A program made the translations under genes and the position numbers. Under the pieces are notes generated by a model. The model saw only the letters and a program-made list of their open reading frames with translations, did not search any database and was not told where the DNA came from. From NCBI GenBank assembly GCA_049115835.1, contig JAGDZN010000011.1, forward strand, positions 66,541 to 130,540: DNA of 64,000 bases, read 5' to 3'. Positions 58,750 through 64,000 of this stretch are shown here, in pieces (position 1 is the stretch's first letter; each line of letters begins with the position of its first letter). The stretch comes from Reichenbachiella sp. GTDB lineage: Bacteria; Bacteroidota; Bacteroidia; Cytophagales; Cyclobacteriaceae.

Positions 58750-60129
58750 ATGAAATTGCCATACATAGAACCGTATAAAATCAAAATGGTAGAATCCATA
58801 AAAAGATCTACCGAAGAACAAAGAGCTGCCTGGATAAAAGACGCGAAATACAACTTATTCAAACTTCAGAGTGATCAAGTCATTATCGATTTATTGACTG
58901 ACTCTGGAACAGGAGCTATGTCCGATAAACAATGGGCAGAAGTAATGCTCGGAGATGAAAGTTATGCGGGTTCTCGTTCGTTCAAGAAATTAGAGGACAC
59001 GGTTAAGGCCATCACAGGTTTTCAACATTTCATACCAACCCATCAAGGAAGAGCAGCTGAAAACGTACTCTTTTCAGCTTTGGTTAAAGAGGGAGACATT
59101 GTTCCCGGAAACGCTCATTTTGATACAACCAAAGGTCATATAGAATTTAGAAAGGCATCAGCAGTAGACTGCACTATTGATGAGGCTTTTGATACATCCG
59201 TCAACCATCCATTTAAAGGAAATGTGGACATCAATAAATTGGAAAAGGTTTTCCATTCAAACCCGATTGAAAATATTCCTTTTGTGATTGTAACCGTAAC
59301 TTGTAATTCTGCAGGTGGTCAACCTGTTTCAATGAAAAACATCCGTGAAATTGCAGAAGTATGCAAGAAATACAACACACCTCTCTACTTTGATGCTGCT
59401 CGATTTTCAGAAAATGCGTATTTCATCAAAACCAGAGAAAAAGAATTTGAAAACAAGACCATCAAGGAGATTGTGAATGAAATGTTCTCATATGGTGATG
59501 GTATGACTATGAGTGCTAAAAAAGATGGCATTGTAAACATGGGTGGTTTCATAGCTTTAAATAACACTGATGTGTATCAAAAGTGTATCACATTTAATAT
59601 CATGTATGAAGGGTTTGTGACCTATGGAGGGATGTCTGGTCGTGACATGGGAGCATTAGCCGTAGGACTCAATGAATCAACGGAATTCAATTACTTGGAA
59701 AGTAGAATCAACCAAGTTCATTATTTGGGGAAACGTTTGATTGAATTCGGAGTTCCAGTACAGCAACCATTTGGAGGACATGCCATCTATTTAGATGCCA
59801 ATAAATTCGTTCCAAGCATAGATAAGGAGGAATTTCGAGCTCAATCGCTTGCTATTGAATTATATATCACTTCTGGTATTAGAAGTGTAGAAATAGGGAC
59901 AATTCTCGCAGATCGAGATCCTATAACGAGAAAAAACAGATTCCCAAAACTGGAGTTGGTAAGGTTAGCAGTTCCAAGAAGAACTTATACCTTATCACAC
60001 ATGGAATATATTGCCGTAGCTATCAAAAATGTCTTTGAAACTCGTCATGAAGCAAAAAGAGGTTTTGTCATAAAGAAAGAAGCACCGATCATGCGGCACT
60101 TCACTGTAGAACTCGAAAAAATAGAATAG
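58750..60129 (+). CDS. tnaA: Tryptophanase
   Basis: IDLLTDSGT, THQGRAAE, SAKKD PLP lysine; tryptophanase-type residues HFDTT, SVEIG and MRHFT rather than the tyrosine phenol-lyase T/R/F equivalents. Confidence 0.88.
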   Translation: MKLPYIEPYKIKMVESIKRSTEEQRAAWIKDAKYNLFKLQSDQVIIDLLTDSGTGAMSDKQWAEVMLGDESYAGSRSFKKLEDTVKAITGFQHFIPTHQGRAAENVLFSALVKEGDIVPGNAHFDTTKGHIEFRKASAVDCTIDEAFDTSVNHPFKGNVDINKLEKVFHSNPIENIPFVIVTVTCNSAGGQPVSMKNIREIAEVCKKYNTPLYFDAARFSENAYFIKTREKEFENKTIKEIVNEMFSYGDGMTMSAKKDGIVNMGGFIALNNTDVYQKCITFNIMYEGFVTYGGMSGRDMGALAVGLNESTEFNYLESRINQVHYLGKRLIEFGVPVQQPFGGHAIYLDANKFVPSIDKEEFRAQSLAIELYITSGIRSVEIGTILADRDPITRKNRFPKLELVRLAVPRRTYTLSHMEYIAVAIKNVFETRHEAKRGFVIKKEAPIMRHFTVELEKIE

Positions 60130-60151
60130 CTGATATAAGTACAACCAGCTA

Positions 60152-61129
60152 TTAAAATACTCTACTATTGTTTTGACCATCATTAAATGCTTGGAGTTCC
60201 TCCCAAATAAAGGTTACAACATCTTCATAATTGTCTTTGACAATACTACTAACGGTATCAGGAATTTCAAAATCAACAGGAGCCTCCACACCAAAAGTGG
60301 CCATGTAAGTCACAAGGCTTGCTAAGAAATATACGGTAGGACGACCATGAGGATCGTTATCTTCATATAAATCTTCTACAGCAATTTGATTCAAATTGGT
60401 TTCAGTAAACAAATCCGCCAATATAGGACCTACGGGAATCATTCTAATATCAGCATCAGGTCGTGCCTCTATCAGGGTATCTTGATACTCAAGCCACCAA
60501 CTATGAAATTCACCAAGGGTGTAATCATTATAAGTATCAAATTCTGATCTTGTAGCAGGGTATTCAGTAGCATAAGAGGCCATATCTGGCCAATTTTCGT
60601 AAATATAAATAGCCGCTGTTGGTTCTTGTTCTAGCACCCAATCAATAATAGTTAAAGTAGAAGTAACTGGTGAGGTGTCCTCGTTGTAATAATTGATACT
60701 TGGCGCTTGCCATTGCACAAAATTACCTGCTGTGATTAAAACATTGTTAAAATCTGCTGAACTGAAAGGTTGAATATCTGACTCCCAGATACCCGGTACT
60801 TGGGAAAATCCCCATTGAGAAATTGGAGGTACATCATCGTGCTGAGGTAAAAATCCATATTGTCCTGATGCACCATAACTGTAACCTGCTTGTTGTGAAA
60901 GAAGATACATCCAGTGTGGTACAGTTGTTTCATCAGATTCAGTAGCATGAACGATTAAACTATGACCAAACATAAATGACCTCATTTCCGTCAAGATTGG
61001 TGTTCCAGGTTCTATATTATCTATTTCGTTTTGTGGCTCTTCATTTTGAGTGCATTCGAAAAAAAGCGCTGTCAAGAAAAGGGCTGTAATAATATTTTTC
61101 ATGATTCTATTTGATTGTTTCATTTTCAT
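60152..61129 (-). CDS. Hypothetical lipoprotein, possibly SGNH-hydrolase fold
   Basis: Likely ATG 61102; lipobox FFE-C; MFGHSL block-I-like and DNDPHG block-V-like motifs. Confidence 0.55.
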   Translation of the reverse strand: MKMKQSNRIMKNIITALFLTALFFECTQNEEPQNEIDNIEPGTPILTEMRSFMFGHSLIVHATESDETTVPHWMYLLSQQAGYSYGASGQYGFLPQHDDVPPISQWGFSQVPGIWESDIQPFSSADFNNVLITAGNFVQWQAPSINYYNEDTSPVTSTLTIIDWVLEQEPTAAIYIYENWPDMASYATEYPATRSEFDTYNDYTLGEFHSWWLEYQDTLIEARPDADIRMIPVGPILADLFTETNLNQIAVEDLYEDNDPHGRPTVYFLASLVTYMATFGVEAPVDFEIPDTVSSIVKDNYEDVVTFIWEELQAFNDGQNNSRVF

Positions 61130-61150
61130 AATTGAAACTCAAACCACGAA

Positions 61151-61210
61151 ATATTTATTGGCCGAATTGTTATTTATTCTTTGAATGGTCATATTTATTC
61201 GACGAATAGT
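61151..61210 (-). promoter_or_regulatory. Three imperfect direct repeats (19/21-bp period), candidate regulator operator
   Basis: TATTTATT at 61152, 61171 and 61192, each followed by GAAT 12 nt later. Confidence 0.5.
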
Positions 61211-61273
61211 AATAATAATGCGCCAGCTTAGGGCTATACTAATTTGTCATTATAAGGAATGGTTTGTTAGGAT

Positions 61274-62107
61274 TTAATCAAAATCACAAGTCATCATGAC
61301 CGGAATGTGATCAGACACATGTTTGAAATTCTGCATTCGGTCATCGATGTGCACATAGGAAAGAATATTGAATTTCTCTGAAAATATAAAATCAATTCGC
61401 TCCGTCATAATATCTTTTGTGAAACCATTAAACGTACCTTCAGGTCCATAAAAGGTCTTTTTAGCCTCTTTTTGACAATCTGTATAATTAGATGCAAAAG
61501 TGAGAATAGCAGTGTTATCGTCTTCAGCATTAAAATCGCCCATCAAGACAACAGGCCAGCCGGCTTTATTGATAGAAGAAATTTTTTGGACGATTAACTT
61601 TGCGGAATTCTCTCTTGACAATTGACCAATATGATCAAAATGGGCATTAAATACCCACACTTTTCGCTTTGAGTCCAAATGCTCGAATAATCCATAGGTA
61701 CAGATTCTTTCATATGCTGCATCCCAACCTTTTGATACTTTGTCAGGCGTTTCAGACAACCAAAAATTCCCTTGCTCATGCAATTTATATTGCGTTCGGT
61801 CATAAAAAATCGCTGCATATTCCCCTTTCATTTTCCCATCTTCTCTTCCGATTCCAATAAATGAATATTTCGACAATCCAGCATCCAAATCTTGCAACTG
61901 ATTAATTAAAGCTTCTTGAACACCGAAAACCTCAGGTTCATAATAATTCAATAACGCAATCATACTTGGCTTTCTGCTGATCCAATTATTCTCACCTTCT
62001 TTTTGGTAATCATTTTTGATATTATAAGTCATAAAGGAAGTGACTTGAGTAAAGCCATTTGGAGACAACCCAATTATTAAGAATAGAAGTAAAATGTATC
62101 GCATCAT
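61274..62107 (-). CDS. Endonuclease/exonuclease/phosphatase-family protein, secreted
   Basis: MTYNIK, FGVQEA, VFNAHFDH, LMGDFNA, RIDFIF, SDHIPV. Confidence 0.92.
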   Translation of the reverse strand: MMRYILLLFLIIGLSPNGFTQVTSFMTYNIKNDYQKEGENNWISRKPSMIALLNYYEPEVFGVQEALINQLQDLDAGLSKYSFIGIGREDGKMKGEYAAIFYDRTQYKLHEQGNFWLSETPDKVSKGWDAAYERICTYGLFEHLDSKRKVWVFNAHFDHIGQLSRENSAKLIVQKISSINKAGWPVVLMGDFNAEDDNTAILTFASNYTDCQKEAKKTFYGPEGTFNGFTKDIMTERIDFIFSEKFNILSYVHIDDRMQNFKHVSDHIPVMMTCDFD

Positions 62108-62113
62108 AGAGTT

Positions 62114-63226
62114 TTAATTTTTCTGAGAATCCTGAAATTCTAGTAATTCGAATTCTTTTTTAGCAAGATCAAATCCATTGACTACAACAGATATTTGATG
62201 ATTTCCTGGATAGTGTTTCCTTGTTGATAAATCTTTAAAGGAAAGCTTTTTATTGTACTTTTTTGGTTTTTTTGATTCAAATTCCGCCTCTGAGATGTGA
62301 AATATTTTGTCTGATTGTTTCCCATTTGATTTCATGTAAGACACAACAAAACCTATTTTCGCAGTAACCTTTTTTGCCTCCAGATTTTGCACCTCAAAAG
62401 AAAAATTGAATGACTCTCCGATTCTCGGTTTTGTTTTAGAAAGAGATAAGTCCATAACTGAAAACTTGGCATTGAAATCAAATCCAATGATTTGAAGTGC
62501 CCGTTCATTGCCTTTCTTCAACAGTGTCCGTAATCCATGTTTCACGATCCAATTGGTCAATTCATTCTGGCCATACCATTTTTCCGCTAAATTGAGTGCC
62601 AAAGCAGGATTGTCTTTGGTAATATCATTGAGGTTGTTGGCGACACTTTTTCTCACATATAGTGAGTCATCTGATCTTAGATTTTCCAGAATTTCAACAA
62701 CCAGATTCGGATCATTTTTGAAACTGGGTAATGCCATAGCCCATGGAAGTCTAGGTCTACAACCTTCACTGGATAACCTTCGAACATGTTCACTACTATT
62801 TTTGCTCCAGGTTAACATACGGGTCATGGCCAATTTTTCATTCTGTTTAATGAAGGGTCTTATCGCAAATTCTGAACTAGAAAATTTAGTGAAATGCTCC
62901 AACGCATCGAGAGATTCTTCAATAAAGTCTAATCCATGAACTTCCACATAATCAGGAAACGTCATGGAGGGTAAGCCAGAAAATTGATCAGCGATCAGAA
63001 CCATGATTTTTAGTTGAGCTAAATACTCCAATGAGGTGTTTTCAAAAATCATGACACTTATATGGCGCATACGATCTTTCAATTCTCGCTTCTCCCAATG
63101 TTCATTGAAAATGGACGATTCAAACTTTTTCAAATCAAAAGTATGATCATGCTGCTTTAAGAGGGCTCCTAGTTTCTGGGTGAATGATTTATTGAACTCG
63201 TTTTTGAAAGGTTCCATGTTGGTCAA
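62114..63226 (-). CDS. DNA alkylation repair protein (AlkD-like HEAT repeats) with C-terminal beta domain
   Basis: SSEFAIRPF, HVRRLSSEGCRPRLPWA, YVRKSVANNLNDITKD, STRKHYPG. Confidence 0.88.
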   Translation of the reverse strand: MTNMEPFKNEFNKSFTQKLGALLKQHDHTFDLKKFESSIFNEHWEKRELKDRMRHISVMIFENTSLEYLAQLKIMVLIADQFSGLPSMTFPDYVEVHGLDFIEESLDALEHFTKFSSSEFAIRPFIKQNEKLAMTRMLTWSKNSSEHVRRLSSEGCRPRLPWAMALPSFKNDPNLVVEILENLRSDDSLYVRKSVANNLNDITKDNPALALNLAEKWYGQNELTNWIVKHGLRTLLKKGNERALQIIGFDFNAKFSVMDLSLSKTKPRIGESFNFSFEVQNLEAKKVTAKIGFVVSYMKSNGKQSDKIFHISEAEFESKKPKKYNKKLSFKDLSTRKHYPGNHQISVVVNGFDLAKKEFELLEFQDSQKN

Positions 63227-63231
63227 TTTAG

Positions 63232-63265
63232 AAATAAAAGGGCTTCTTTGGTATTAAAGAAGCCC
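63232..63265 (-). terminator. Intrinsic terminator after the GyrI-like gene
   Basis: 10-bp stem gggcttcttt/aaagaagccc with U-rich tail on the minus strand. Confidence 0.75.
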
Positions 63266-63276
63266 CTCATTTAGAA

Positions 63277-63876
63277 TTATTTTACAGCATATCTAATTAT
63301 AGTTTTTAACTTTTCCTCTGCTGTTTTTCTTGGGTCAGAAATGTAGATTTCATGATGATAGCCATTCATTTCCAATCCATGGTTTTTCATGAATTCGAGA
63401 ATTTCCCCAATAGTACCTTCTTCTTCATAATAAGATCCAGTATGCATCATTTGAACACTACGGCCCTCATTGATGTTTTGTAATATTACTTCATTGACGA
63501 AAGGCATTCCTTTTTTTCTAATGACTTCTTCCACGGCCTGATCTACATGTTCGTTTGTCACAAAATCCGGCATTCGAATCATCAATTGCCATTGCCATTC
63601 ATTTTTTGTTTCTTCATTGAATTCCAGCCCTTCTTCAACCCACCAAAAGCATTCCAATTTCGGAACCACAAAGTCATTTCCTTCAGTCTTACTATATTTT
63701 TTTACGGTGAACGCAACTGGATAAATAGCTTCAATGCTCTGCATGAAGTTCTCCCTTTCAGGGGCTCCCATTCCTGATATTGTTAGACAATTGTGCGCAT
63801 CAATGTTTACTTCTTGCGGTTTGTTTTTTGCCTTGTAATGCTCCGGGTAGATTTTTTTTAAATCGATTTTTTCCAT
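63277..63876 (-). CDS. GyrI-like small-molecule-binding domain protein
   Basis: VVPKLECFWW, WQWQLMIRMPDFV, QMMHTGSY, HHEIYISDPRKT. Confidence 0.88.
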   Translation of the reverse strand: MEKIDLKKIYPEHYKAKNKPQEVNIDAHNCLTISGMGAPERENFMQSIEAIYPVAFTVKKYSKTEGNDFVVPKLECFWWVEEGLEFNEETKNEWQWQLMIRMPDFVTNEHVDQAVEEVIRKKGMPFVNEVILQNINEGRSVQMMHTGSYYEEEGTIGEILEFMKNHGLEMNGYHHEIYISDPRKTAEEKLKTIIRYAVK

Positions 63877-63878
63877 GA

Positions 63879-63998
63879 TTATGCAATTTTTTTAAAGTGT
63901 TGAAATAATTTAACTTCTTCGAAAGATTTGAAAATGGAAACAAAAGGTTCTTCGTCTTGTAGAATTTTTATTTTCTCAGAAGCCCGTTTCGCACACCC
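63879..63998 (-). CDS. 3' end of a gene running in from beyond the window
   Basis: Open frame GCAKRASEKIKILQDEEPFVSIFKSFEEVKLFQHFKKIA* ends 2 nt before the GyrI-like ATG. Confidence 0.55.
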   Translation of the reverse strand, partial: GCAKRASEKIKILQDEEPFVSIFKSFEEVKLFQHFKKIA

Positions 63999-64000
63999 CA

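Noticed and set aside
58750-60129. Tyrosine phenol-lyase assignment for the beta-eliminating lyase
   Set aside because: Diagnostic positions carry tryptophanase residues (D in HFDTT, I in VEIG, H in RHFT)
116-63777. Numerous short antisense or alternate-frame ORFs in the track (e.g. 116-349, 1859-2251, 8226-8726, 22754-23095, 48023-48427, 57884-58243)
   Set aside because: They lie wholly within well-supported genes on another frame or strand and show no recognisable motifs; for example, the Pro-rich 1859-2251 is just the reverse of the Gly linker
1-64000. CRISPR array, rRNA/tRNA genes, IS elements, prophage or retron-type systems
   Set aside because: No regularly spaced repeat-spacer array, tRNA cloverleaf, transposase, integrase, reverse transcriptase or phage structural gene was recognisable

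Overview
An AT-rich, densely coding chromosomal window from a Bacteroidota bacterium, probably a marine Cytophagales-type organism (inferred from T9SS C-terminal sorting domains, many lipoprotein signals, TAnnTTTG -7 promoter boxes and a GH86-like agarase/porphyranase). It holds core genes (gltD 3' part, carB, gdhA, msrB, tnaA, ada) mixed with accessory genes for secreted enzymes, regulators, a methanethiol methyltransferase (mddA-like) and a sulfite-oxidase/cytochrome c/rhodanese cluster. I saw no rRNA, tRNA, CRISPR array, transposase or phage gene. The most notable observations are: (1) a lipoprotein with a 48-aa Gly/Ser linker and a distinct C-terminal domain, tightly coupled to a small membrane protein, behind a putative promoter whose -33/-7 spacer contains a C12 tract (candidate phase-variable toxin-immunity-like or surface-antigen module); (2) a transglutaminase-TPR gene broken by two in-frame stops that the ORF track splits; (3) an attC-like inverted repeat flanked by two decayed ORFs (candidate relic integron-cassette array); (4) a beta-helix protein paired with a T9SS protein carrying seven ~75-aa 'EY(F/Y)xDxDPGxGxG' repeats; (5) a membrane-sensor/LytTR one-component fusion; (6) an unannotated 34-aa membrane peptide. 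All family calls come from motif recognition by eye, with no database searches.
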